25,489 nucleotides of DNA, from the NCBI RefSeq assembly GCF_006345805.1, contig NW_021836116.1:1-25489 (forward strand). Direction: 5' to 3'. The position numbers and the translations under genes are program-made. Positions 11,172-21,395 of the stretch are shown piece after piece (position 1 is the first letter of the stretch; every line of letters starts with the position of its first letter). The DNA comes from Octopus sinensis (taxonomy: Eukaryota). The notes beneath the pieces were generated by a model, which had not been told where the DNA came from, did no database searches, and saw only the letters and a program-made list of their open reading frames with translations.

Positions 11172-11280
11172 GTATATAATATATATGTATATATATATGT
11201 ATATATATATATATATATATGTATGTATATGTATATATATATGTATATATATATATATATTATATATATATATATATATA
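10970..11280. repeat. (TA)n microsatellite
   Basis: Direct reading. Confidence 0.97.
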
Positions 11281-11367
11281 CGAGAGTGGAGAAAATATGT
11301 GTGTGCTGGGTGGGTGTAGATTTGTAGACGGCATGCCGAGGTATATGCTATTAGTAACAATGGTAGT

Positions 11368-11378
11368 GATGGTGATGA

Positions 11379-11412
<34 letters not shown>

Positions 11413-11457
11413 GGTGGTGGTGGTGGTGATGATGATGATGATGATGATTGATGATGA

Positions 11458-11492
<35 letters not shown>

Positions 11493-11495
11493 CGG
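11368..11495 (+). repeat. (GAT)n(GGT)n(GAT)n compound microsatellite
   Basis: Direct reading; source of the poly-M/V and poly-H/P ORFs. Confidence 0.97.
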
Positions 11496-11924
11496 TAATG
11501 CTGAGCTGATGATGCTGATGGTGGAAACGGTAATAAAAGTATATTCTGGAGGCGGTTGATGGATGGTTTTTTTTTTTCTGCTGTTTGCTGGTGAAGAGTA
11601 TGGAGGCACAAAATGGCATAAACTGTTGATGGTGAGAATAAACGCTAAACACAGACAGGATATGGACCATAGTTCAAATCCTGACCAAGGTAATCTGCGG
11701 CAGGTGGTGATGGACACGGTGTTAGTATCATGGTCAGCTACAACCTGTCGACATTATGCTGACGATGCATTAATGTCGATCTACTTATTTATTTATTTTA
11801 TGGGACCAGGTACTCAGAGGGTCAAAATGGCAATAAGGACACAATTCATCTCTAACGCAACCCTTTACATCGTTGTAAGAAAGTTTCCCCTACCTGTAAG
11901 GTTCAACTAGTTTTATGTAGGTAT

Positions 11925-12070
11925 TGCCAAGGCTGTATCGTTAATTCGATCGTTTTGCAATCACATGGTTTCGGGGTTCGGTCCCATTGTGCGTCTCCTT
12001 AGGCATTTATCTTATGTTGTAACCAACGCCTGATGAGTCATATTTATAAACCGAAACTATGCGGACATTC
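11925..12070 (+). mobile_element. Highly diverged family B SINE head
   Basis: CACATGGTTTCGGGGTTCGGTCCCATTG...CCAACGCC...GAAACT aligns loosely with the family B head. Confidence 0.55.
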
Positions 12071-12187
12071 AACATGTGTGTGTACGTTATATATATATAT
12101 ATATATATGACGAAAGATATGTAGAAGATATGAAAATATAAATGATTTAATTACATCCGGTGCATTTGTCTCCTTATTCAACTTTTC

Positions 12188-12623
<436 letters not shown>

Positions 12624-13087
12624 ACATGTATATATATATATATATCATTTAAATAATGAGGGTAAAAAGGTGTTTTTGTCAGTCTGTTCGGTTAAAAAAT
12701 TGTAATTCTACAAACCATAGTGTTACACATCTTTTGTTTTTCGCTGTAGTTAAGTCGTAAGCAGAAAGAAGACTGGTTTAATCGATAAGTTATCGAATGA
12801 TTTGTTTGTACTCCAGTTGTCTTGTTTCTTTTTCCTTGTCGTAAATCTTTTGAATATTCTAATTAGTTTTACAGGTTTGTTTTTTTTAAATGGTGTTTGC
12901 TTTCGCTACTATGTTTTCTGTTTGGTTTTAATTGTTGTTTAACTACTTGTAATTTCTAGCAATGTTCATTTTTTTGTAGTAATTTCGTGTTATTCAGTGT
13001 GGTCATATTTTTATCTGACTTTCACCGATATTCTTTTCTCCTCTGCGAACAAAGACCGAATATTTGGTGGAGAGGACAAGTCCATTA

Positions 13088-13730
13088 GAGCGACCCCAGT
13101 ACGCAAATTGTACTTAATTTATCGACCCCGAAAGGATGAAAGGCAAAGTCGACCACGGCGTAATTTGAGTTCAGAACAAAAAGACAGGCGTAATACAGCT
13201 AAGCATTTCACCCGGCGTCCTAACGTTTCTTATTTCTTTATTGCCCAGAAGGGGCTAAACACAGAGGGGACATAGAAAGGGAGTAAGCTGATGACATCGA
13301 CCTCAGTGCGTAACTGGTACTCAATTTATCGACCCCGAAAGGATGAAAGGCAAAGTCGACCTCGACGGTATTTGAACCCAGAACGTAGCAGCAGACGAAA
13401 TATCTATTTCTTTACTACCTACAAGGGGCTACACACAGAGAGGACAAACAAGGACAGACAAACGGATTAAGTCGATTATATCGACCCCAGTGCGTAACTG
13501 GTACTTATTTAATCGACCCCGAAAGGATGAAAGGCAAAGTCGACCTCGGCGGAATTTGAACTCAGAACGTAACGCCAGACGAAATACGGCTACGCATTTC
13601 ACCCGGCGTGCTAACGTGTGTGCCAGCTCGCCGCCTTCGGCGTTCACCGATAGTTTTTTTTTTTGGTACTTAACGTATCGACGTGGAAAGGTTGAAAGGC
13701 AAAGTCGTCTTCGCTGTTTACCGATATTCC
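13088..13730 (-). mobile_element. Four head-to-tail family D SINE units
   Basis: The GAAAGG(A/T)TGAAAGGCAAAGTCG block recurs at about 13130, 13338, 13520 and 13686. The unit at about 13405-13640 is complete with its head. Confidence 0.9.
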
Positions 13731-13815
13731 AAAACAATGGATTCGGCAGTTGCTGTTCTTGGTCAGTTGATTTAGATTTAGTTTTCACAATGATTAGTGT
13801 AGTGTAAAGGTAGGT

Positions 13816-14200
13816 GGGAAGCACTCCGTCGGTTACGACGACGAGGGTTCCGGTTGATCCGAATCAACGGAACAGCCTGCTCGTGAAATTAACGTGTAAG
13901 TGGCTGAGCACTCCACAGACACGTGTACCCTTAACGTAGTTCTCGGGGATATTCAGCGTGACACAGAGAGTGACAAGGCCGGCCCCTTGAAATACAGGTA
14001 CAACAGAAACAGGAAGTAAGAGTGAGAGAAAGTTGTGGTGAAAGAGTACAGCAGGTATCACCACCATCCCCTGCCGGAGCCTCGTGGAGCTTTAGGTGTT
14101 TTCGCTCAATAAACACTCACAACGCCCGGTCTGGGAATCGAAACCGCGATCCTATGACCGCGAGTCCGCTGCCCTAACCACTGGACCATTGCGCCTCCAC
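13816..14200 (-). mobile_element. tRNA-derived SINE, family A, full length
   Basis: Exact 12-bp TSD GTAAAGGTAGGT at 13804-13815 and 14201-14212. Confidence 0.97.
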
Positions 14201-14622
14201 GTAAAGGTAGGTATTCATATGTATCTACAGAATAGTGAGCAAATGTGAACTCGATATGATCTGTGTATGAGGTTGTGTGTTACTGAGCTTAAACGTGAGT
14301 ACGAAAGCGGGCATCTGTTTAGCGCAATAAAATACACTCTTGTAATGCCACTTTCGAGTAATGGAAAATTCTGGAAATACAAATGTTAATGTTGCCTATT
14401 TCCAAATTCTCTATTGTTTTTGCTATCCCTAAAACTGCTAGAAATAATAGCTAAATCGCTCCCTATTTTCGCATTTCTTGCCTTAAAATAGGTGGTTTTC
14501 TGTGTGAATAATGTAGTCTCTAGAAGATACTGTCTGAATAATAGCTTGTAGAATTATGAAGATTTTTTTATTATAGTTCTGCTTAATTACATTTGACCAG
14601 GGGCTAACCAACAACAGCGTCA

Positions 14623-15059
14623 GTGGAGGCGCAATGGCCCAGGGGTTAGCGCAGCGGACTCGCGGTCGTAACAACGTGGTTTCGATTCCCAGACAGGACA
14701 TTGTGAATGTTTATTGAGCAAAAACACCTAAGCTCCACGAGGCACCGGCAGGAGAGGGTGCTGAATCCCACTGTACTCTTTCACCACAACTTTCTCTCAC
14801 TCTTTCTTCCTTCTTCTGCCACAAAGCAGAGGAACCATGGTGTAGTAAACTTTCAGGATGGTTCAGCTCTCCACCCGTTAAAAGCCATGGAATGACGATT
14901 ACAGCGTAGCTTTCGCGCCCGTGCTACCGCCAGTCTATCGCGTGTGGTGGGTGGATCTTCAAGTTGGCACACGCATTCTTAGTAGCTTAGAGTAGGCTCG
15001 AATTAGAGATTATTCTTTGTGGCTAATAGCGTGAGTCCTGATTGGAAGAAGAAAGAAGA
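14623..15059 (+). mobile_element. SINE with family A head and core but a different 3' half ending in GAA-rich tail (family E)
   Basis: About 190 nt match family A, then unrelated sequence to GGAAGAAGAAAGAAGA. TSD CAACAGCGTCA (14612-14622) / CAACAGCATCA (15060-15070). Confidence 0.8.
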
Positions 15060-15284
15060 CAACAGCATCAACTTCCGAATTACACATGGAATATGAAGTT
15101 AAATATGTTAATCTCATCTTCAAAGATTTATTCATTTAAATAAGAATCACTTCAACGATGTCTGAACCTTCTTACGGCTTTTGAACTCGAATAGTTAGAA
15201 GATCAAATAATTCTTAACTATTTGCACTGTTTCGTTTACTATTATGATATCGATGATTAACGCAGGGAGTTACGACGGAAATGT

Positions 15285-15673
15285 GATGGAAGCACTCCGT
15301 CGGTTACGACGACGAGGGTTCCGGTTGATCCTAATCAACGGAACAGCCTGCTCGTGAAATTAACGTGTAAGTGGCTGAGCACTCCACAGACACGTGCACC
15401 CTTAACGTAGTTCTCGGGGATATTCAGCGTGACACAGAGAGTGACAAGGCCGGCCCTTTGAAATACAGGTACAAGAGAAACAGGAAGTAAGAGTGAGAGA
15501 AAGTTGTGGTGAAAGAGTACAGCAGGGATCACCACCATCCCCTGCCGGAGCCTCGTGGAGCTTTTAGGTGTTTTCGCTCAATAAACACTCACAACGCCCG
15601 GTCTGGGAATCGAAACCGCGATCCTATGACTGCGAGTCCGCTGCCCTAACCACTGGGCCATTGCGCCTCCACT
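15285..15673 (-). mobile_element. tRNA-derived SINE, family A, full length
   Basis: Exact 12-bp TSD CGACGGAAATGT at 15273-15284 and 15674-15685. Confidence 0.97.
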
Positions 15674-16365
15674 CGACGGAAATGTATTCACAGGATGACA
15701 CAATTCGAAGACTTAATTTGAAGTGATAATTTTATTTCATGAAGCGTTAATTGTCTTATCAATGAAAATGTGGTGTTGAAATAATATTTCTGTGAGATTA
15801 CACTTAATAAATTAAAATAGTCACCAGATTTTGACAACAAACTCATTGATGCTAGTTGAATCGTATTAGTAACGACCTATAGTTATTAGAAAAGGTTAGA
15901 AACGTTACATTATCAGAAACGCGGCAAATATGTTATCGTTATACTTTATCCTTACAATCAATGTGACTGCTTGATATTTTGATTTAAAGATCTCTCCATA
16001 AAAGCAGTCGCAAACAAAATGTAAGAATGATGGAGATTAATGCATAAGTGAAGCATGTATACATCAATAGATCTTAGATAAGGCTGTTTAATTTATAAAA
16101 GTTACTTTGATACATACAGTATAATGCTGCAAGATGGGATAAGTTACTTTTAATGTAAGATACCCACCATAGAAGATTGTAACAGGGTGAGAGTTCAGGA
16201 ACACTGGAGGGGTGTCTGGTCTGATCTTGTCACATACAAGTTGGAGAAACGGAACCAAAATCAGGCTGTCTTCATCAAGAAATCCAGGACAGTCGATACA
16301 TTTTTTTCCTTTAGGGATCCTAGTTGCTGCCATAGGTTAAAATGAAATGAATCAGAACATCATAA

Positions 16366-16752
16366 CTAGGGTTGAGGTTGTTGATTGGCCTAACCTTGGC
16401 TTCCCACGTGACCCTGTTGTTGTACTGCTTGTTGTAATATCATATTTGCATGATAGTGCATCCCTTGTTGACGATAGTATTCTGCCAAAGCAACACCGGA
16501 ATCAGGTTGGCCACTTAGGGGGTTGATAGCAGGTTGCTGCTGCTGTTGCTGGGGTTGTTGTGCAGCTTGCTGCTGCGTCTGCTGGGGTGCAACTTATTAC
16601 TGAGACTGTTGTTGTTGGGGCTGCTGTTGAGGTGGCTGCTGTAACTGCAGTTGTTGGGGTGCTCCTGGGCCAGTTGGTTGGCCTGGCTGTTGAGGGGCTC
16701 CTTGGCCTCCTTGCTGGGCCTGGTACTGACCATATTGACCATACTGTGCCAT
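16366..16752 (-). pseudogene. FUBP1/KHSRP-like: FUBP/KHSRP (Drosophila PSI)-like C-terminal remnant, stop-disrupted
   Basis: One frame reads MAQYGQYGQYQAQQGGQGAPQQPGQPTGPGAPQQLQLQQPPQQQPQQQQSQ**VAPQQTQQQAAQQPQQQQQQPAINPLSGQPDSGVALAEYYRQQGMHYHANMILQQAVQQQGHVGSQG*ANQQPQP*. INPxxGQPDxxxAxAEYYRQQ is a degenerate form of the FUBP-family tyrosine-rich motif GQPDYSAAWAEYYRQQ. Confidence 0.8.
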
Positions 16753-17053
16753 GACAAAAGAATTTTCGATGGTGTCATTGTTTTTCACCCCAGATAAATA
16801 TAAATAAAATGCATACCAGCTGTGACATTTCTGTATTTTCGTATATTGACGACGACTTTATTATGTAACGTTCTAACTTAACCCTTTAGTCAAGTTGGGA
16901 GAGTGCGGTCTGGGTGAATATCGCTGTTACATGGTTGAAAAAAACTCCCTACAGAATAGAGTGACCATATAGATGTTCCATCGTTGATTCCGAATATATA
17001 TTTAAATAAGGCGACGAGTGGCAGAAAGTTAGAACGTCGGGTGAAATGATTAG

Positions 17054-17096
<43 letters not shown>

Positions 17097-17100
<4 letters not shown>

Positions 17101-17300
17101 TAATCCAAACAAGAAAGCACAAAAAACACAACAACGCGAGGACGTGGAACAAATATAGTATTATTGGAGGCTCAGGAAAGAAAGAAAGAAGGGGGGGGTC
17201 TAACGTTTCGAGCGGAGCTCTTCGTCGGAAACATAGGAGAAGGAAAGATCCAGAGACGGGAAGACAGAAGAAAGAAAATCGCCAACGGTACACACACGGT
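17097..17300 (-). mobile_element. Probable Penelope-like element pLTR fragment (family P1)
   Basis: Contains a minimal hammerhead-like motif followed by a T/C-rich tail that ends directly in a (TA)n tract (17067-17096). Confidence 0.6.
17197..17232 (-). ncRNA. Variant minimal hammerhead-like motif
   Basis: Minus strand GTTT-CCGACGA-A-GAGC-TCC-GCTC-GAAA-CGT-T-AGAC: 4-bp stem I, 4-bp stem II, palindromic ACGU stem III. Deviates from consensus at U4 (C) and has an extra A after A9. Confidence 0.5.
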
Positions 17301-17364
17301 CATACATATATATGTATATGCATATAAATATATATGTGTATAAATATCTATATATGTATATACA

Positions 17365-17395
<31 letters not shown>

Positions 17396-17426
17396 CGCGA
17401 GAAAGAAGCAACAAGAATGGATAGGT

Positions 17427-17517
17427 TTTTAGTACAATCGTTTCATACAAGGACAGGCTTTATTAAAAGTTGTAAAAATTACAGCATATAAACGTGTCCC
17501 GTACTCATCAGCTAAAA
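17427..17517 (-). ncRNA. Minimal type I hammerhead ribozyme (left arm)
   Basis: Exact mirror of 17764-17854; TCATCAG at 17505-17511. Confidence 0.8.
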
Positions 17518-17763
17518 TACATGTGAGTTCTCTAGACATCCTAGACATCCCTCATCATATCTCTGGAAATTCATATGTGCTCTATGGATTAGGTCACCTT
17601 CTCTGTGATGCTATTAGAACTTTTTTAAAATTCTGTGATAAGACTGTACATCATCTTTAAAGAACTTTAATGAACTTTGGAAATCTGTTTATGTTACTTA
17701 ATTATCTACATTACTTCATGAGTATAGCCTCAACCACTAGGATGTCTAGAGAACTCACATGTA

Positions 17764-17854
17764 TTTTAGCTGATGAGTACGGGACACGTTTATATGCTGT
17801 AATTTTTACAACTTTTAATAAAGCCTGTCCTTGTATGAAACGATTGTACTAAAA
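17764..17854 (+). ncRNA. Minimal type I hammerhead ribozyme (right arm)
   Basis: Stem I TTTTAG(17764-69)/CTAAAA(17849-54). Core CTGATGA (17770-76). Stem II GTAC/GTAT extended by GGACA/TGTCC and TTTAT/ATAAA. GAAA at 17837-40, short stem III AC-GATT-GT, and predicted GUA cleavage after 17848. Confidence 0.8.
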
Positions 17855-18003
17855 ACCTATCCATTCTTGTTGCTTCTTTCTCGCTTATAATCACCCCACA
17901 TTACTGTATTGTTAAAACAGTATAGTTTTTTTTGGTGCATCTAAGTTAGGTACCATATTCAAGTAAATTCATTTAAATTAACTTGAATCTTTATTGCTTT
18001 TTG

Positions 18004-18042
<39 letters not shown>

Positions 18043-18045
18043 ATT

Positions 18046-18082
<37 letters not shown>

Positions 18083-18107
18083 ATTTATATATATATATAT
18101 ATATATG

Positions 18108-18330
18108 CAGGGTAAAGCCCCCCCCCCCTTCGGTTATGAATGACCTTGGCACAAGTCCGGGAAAGGTTGTTAATTGAAGACCACCAGCCATTCCTGCATA
18201 CCAGCCCACAATCTCTGCGCCAAGGGAAAGAATGGTAACACAGCTTGGCACCAATGACGTCGCAACTTATTTTTCTGCAGACAAACAAACTGCAGCAACG
18301 TGAAATAATGTGATTTCATCAACAATACAA
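18108..18330. mobile_element. Interspersed repeat (probable SINE) fragment
   Basis: GC-richer block (CCCTTCGGTTATGAATGACC...CACAGCTTGGCACCAATGACGTCGCAAC...GCAACGTGAAATAATGTG) between microsatellites; recalled resemblance to an octopus SINE. Confidence 0.55.
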
Positions 18331-18346
18331 CACATATTAATATAAC

Positions 18347-18388
<42 letters not shown>

Positions 18389-19130
18389 GGTGTCACATTT
18401 TGTATTAATGGCAAATTAATGTTTATTCATATTGGATAATCACCAGACACTTTTATTACCATTCTTAAATTATGTTTCCTTTTTTAAAAGCATCACTGCT
18501 GCCCGTACATTATTCTGACCATCCATTCTGAACCTCTGTCAGGAACATTAAATTACAGTAAATTCTATAAGGCTTTGTTAAAAAAGATAACATTACAGTC
18601 TATTTCACTTGCTTAAACTGTTTGTATGTAAATTTTCTATTTTCGTGTTCGGTTTATATTGGTCAGTAATTCATTAAAGCAGACATTCCGATCCTTTTCA
18701 GACATAATTATTTCTAATATAAAAGCAATTATCAGCGAAAGACCTGCGGGCAACTTGATGCAGCTCCAATTTAATTCCTCCTGTCGCTAATCAATTTTCA
18801 GTTAGTTAAAGACGATATTTCCCCCTACAAATCCACACTCACATAATCTACTAATCCACCCTGTATGTTATTCTTATTCTCAGCTTCATCTACAAGTTTC
18901 CTCACCAGAGATTTGTGCGAAAATATAATTGTGTCACTATGGACTCTCTTCCTTAGGCGGTTGTTGTGTTGTTCTTTACTTTAATGAATCGGATGAATTT
19001 TCTGTTATTTCTGCTATTATTATCAATGATGTTTTTGTTGATATTTCTGTTCTTGTCCTTCTTTCTGCTGGATCCGCTCGTCATTGTTTAACTGCATATT
19101 GCAGCAGACTTTTGTTTTAAATTACAACTA

Positions 19131-19546
19131 GGCGCAGGAGTGGCTGTGTGGTAAGTAGCTTGCTAAACAACCACATGGTTCCGGGTTCAGTCCCACTGCG
19201 TGGCATCTTGGGCAAGTGTCTTCTGCTATAGCCCCGGGCCGACCAATGCCTTGTAAGTGGATTTGGTAGACGGAAACTGAAAGAAGCCTGTCGTATATAT
19301 ATGTATATATATATATGTATGTGTGTGTGTTTGTGTGTCTGTGTTTGTCCCCCTAGCATTGCTTGACAACCGATGGTGGTGTGTTTACGTCCCCGTCATT
19401 AGCGGTTCGGCAAAAGAGACTGATAGAATAAGTACTGGGCTTACAAAGAATAAGTCCCGGGGTCGATTTGCTCGACTAAAGGCGGTGCACCAGCATGGCC
19501 GCAGTCCAATGACTGAAACAAGTAAAAGTGTAATGAGTAATGAGTA
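19131..19546 (+). mobile_element. tRNA-derived SINE, family B, full length
   Basis: Head GGCGCAGGAGTGGCTGTGTGGTAAG, CTTGGGCAAGTG motif, internal TA/TG tract and GTAATGA-type tail. Confidence 0.94.
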
Positions 19547-19982
19547 GCCTTCATTTGATTCTTGTTTTCTGTAATTTTGTTTAATTTAACTATTGTGGTA
19601 ACCATCTTTAAATTCATAATTATCGCTTTTGTTATTATTTAATATTTTAATAAAATATTTTCACTATTGATTAGATGGTCGCTATTGCGATAACATCTGT
19701 TGTTGCTGTGATTATTATCGATTGAATGTCAGTTATCGTATCAGTTATTGCTGTGATTGTTAGAGGTTCTGGTTGTCTGTTACATTTTAGTTGTCGGCAC
19801 CAAATTACAATTTTTCCTTCATAATTCCTCTACATATTTCATCACAATTTTTAAATTCCAAAACCACTTGATAAGGATTGAAAAAGAAAACACTCTACAT
19901 TTAGGTAATAACAGAGATTATACACATTGAAACAAAAAGTTACACACCTCGTCTTATGGTGACGCGCTGGATGTTCCTTGAA

Positions 19983-20092
19983 ATGTTTGAGTTCAAATTC
20001 CACCGAGGTAACCTTTGATTTTCAACCCAACCAAGGTTGATAAATTGGAGCACCTGTTAATAAAGAGAATCAATATAATTGACTAACGAGAC
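19983..20092 (+). mobile_element. Family D SINE fragment
   Basis: TTTGAGTTCAAATTCCACCGAGGTAACCTTTG...GTTGATAAATT. Confidence 0.65.
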
Positions 20093-20539
20093 TAAGAGGA
20101 TTATTTGACCGCAAACTTTATTACAAACTATAATTATTTTCATTATTATATTTCGGGATGGCAATTTTTTTGACAAATACCCAGAAGCTCTATATAAGCA
20201 TTCTTCACTTCAGCTCTATTATTTTTCTTATTTTAGAGTCTTTTCTCTGAACCTTTTCGTCAAACATCCTGTTCAATATTTAGCTCGTAAGCTTGCTTGT
20301 TTCATGCAAGTCGCTGAAGAGGTCACAGGATGTGCGACGAAAGATTCCATGCAAAGGGCACAAAAATAAGAATGAGAATAAAAATAACATTGAAGTGAAG
20401 AACTAATATATGGGGCTAGTGGTTATTTAGCCAAAAAATGGCCGTTCCCATTGGGATATTGTTATACTTGGGAACTTCCGAAGTATAACAATATAAGTTT
20501 CAACACACGATTTCACATCAAGAATCTTACATAACAAAT

Positions 20540-20672
20540 ACATAATCGTAATATTATCATTTGCCTTTCGTTCTTTCGAGGTCGATAAAAGAAGCAGTAC
20601 TAAAGCAGTGGGGTCGAGGTAACCAATTTAACCGCTCCCTCGAAATTGATGGATTTGTGCCAAAACATCAGA
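20540..20672 (+). mobile_element. Family D SINE 3' fragment
   Basis: TTGCCTTTCGTTCTTTCGAGGTCGATAAAAG...GGGGTCGAGGTAACC...TTGTGCCAAAA. Confidence 0.65.
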
Positions 20673-20681
20673 CTATCATCA

Positions 20682-20727
20682 TTCTTCTTCTTCTTCTTCT
20701 TCTTCTTCTTCTTCTTCTTTTCTTCTT

Positions 20728-20758
<31 letters not shown>

Positions 20759-20812
20759 TTATTATTATTATTATTATTTTATTATTATTATTATTATTAT
20801 ATTATTATTAAT
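20682..20812 (+). repeat. (CTT)n followed by (ATT)n
   Basis: Direct reading. Confidence 0.97.
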
Positions 20813-20948
20813 TAGTAGTTTTATTTTTATAGCGTGCTTTCACTCACTTCACTAACCGAGCGCAGCTCTGTGTGCCTTGGGTAGTGCTGTGATTTGTTGT
20901 GATGCTCTGATGGTTACTGTATGGAAGTGTTCTGCGTAGGATGTGTGC
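20813..20948 (-). mobile_element. R4/Dong-type LINE, extreme 3' fragment (A)
   Basis: Minus strand reads AHILRRTL(S)IQ* then a short 3' UTR. AAT repeats lie on both sides in element orientation. Confidence 0.75.
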
Positions 20949-20949
20949 A

Positions 20950-21030
<81 letters not shown>

Positions 21031-21056
21031 CATTATTATTATTATTATTATTATTA
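20950..21056 (+). repeat. (ATT)n microsatellite
   Basis: Direct reading. Confidence 0.98.
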
Positions 21057-21395
21057 TAGTAGACGTCGCACTGTATACAATATCATGAGGTTGTTGATTG
21101 AAGGTATTGTGTCTACCGGGGGTTTGTACTGGTTGTCAGACAGACAGAACTTTACGCAATTGAAGGAAAAGATATGTTACAGTATGCCTGAAACCTTAGG
21201 CATCCACTATGCCTGAAACCTTAAGAAGGGGGAGTGGGAGGGGAAGGAGCAAAATACCTCCATGTTCCACAACGCACACGTTTAAATTGATAGGGTTTTA
21301 TTCTAATGATGTGGGCACTACTTGTCAGCACAATCTTTTGGAATTCTCTGAGACATGGTTCTCCTGGGACGTTATCTAGATGATTCTCACATCCC
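21057..21395 (-). mobile_element. R4/Dong-type LINE 3' fragment (B)
   Basis: Minus frame GCENHLDNVPGEPCLREFQKIVLTSSAHIIR aligns with the terminus of fragment E (GTETYLKMIP...EVQKIV.TGTAHVLRRALS). The 3' end abuts (AAT)n. Confidence 0.75.

Larger units (their letters stand above)
17397..17884. mobile_element. Penelope-like element insertion with inverted pLTR arms (family P2); perfect 148-bp inverted repeat with 192-bp spacer
   Basis: 17397-17544 is the exact reverse complement of 17737-17884, checked block by block. Each arm carries a hammerhead motif plus a T/C-rich tail. Confidence 0.85.

Noticed and set aside
13088-13730. CRISPR-like repeat-spacer array
   Set aside because: Units are long SINE homologues with related intervening sequence, in a eukaryotic context with no cas genes.
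16088-16333. 81-aa ORF MAATRIPKGKKC...
   Set aside because: No recognisable domain; it lies where the FUBP-like 3' UTR is expected.
16594-16599. Ciliate-type TAA/TAG = Gln recoding or programmed readthrough of the FUBP-like frame
   Set aside because: The context is metazoan, conserved Y and W residues are also lost, and C-to-T decay explains the stops. A-to-I editing cannot restore Gln.
18900-19800. Possible N/K-rich coding remnant on the minus strand around the family B SINE
   Set aside because: Multiple stops and no motif I can recognise; cannot be supported without a search.
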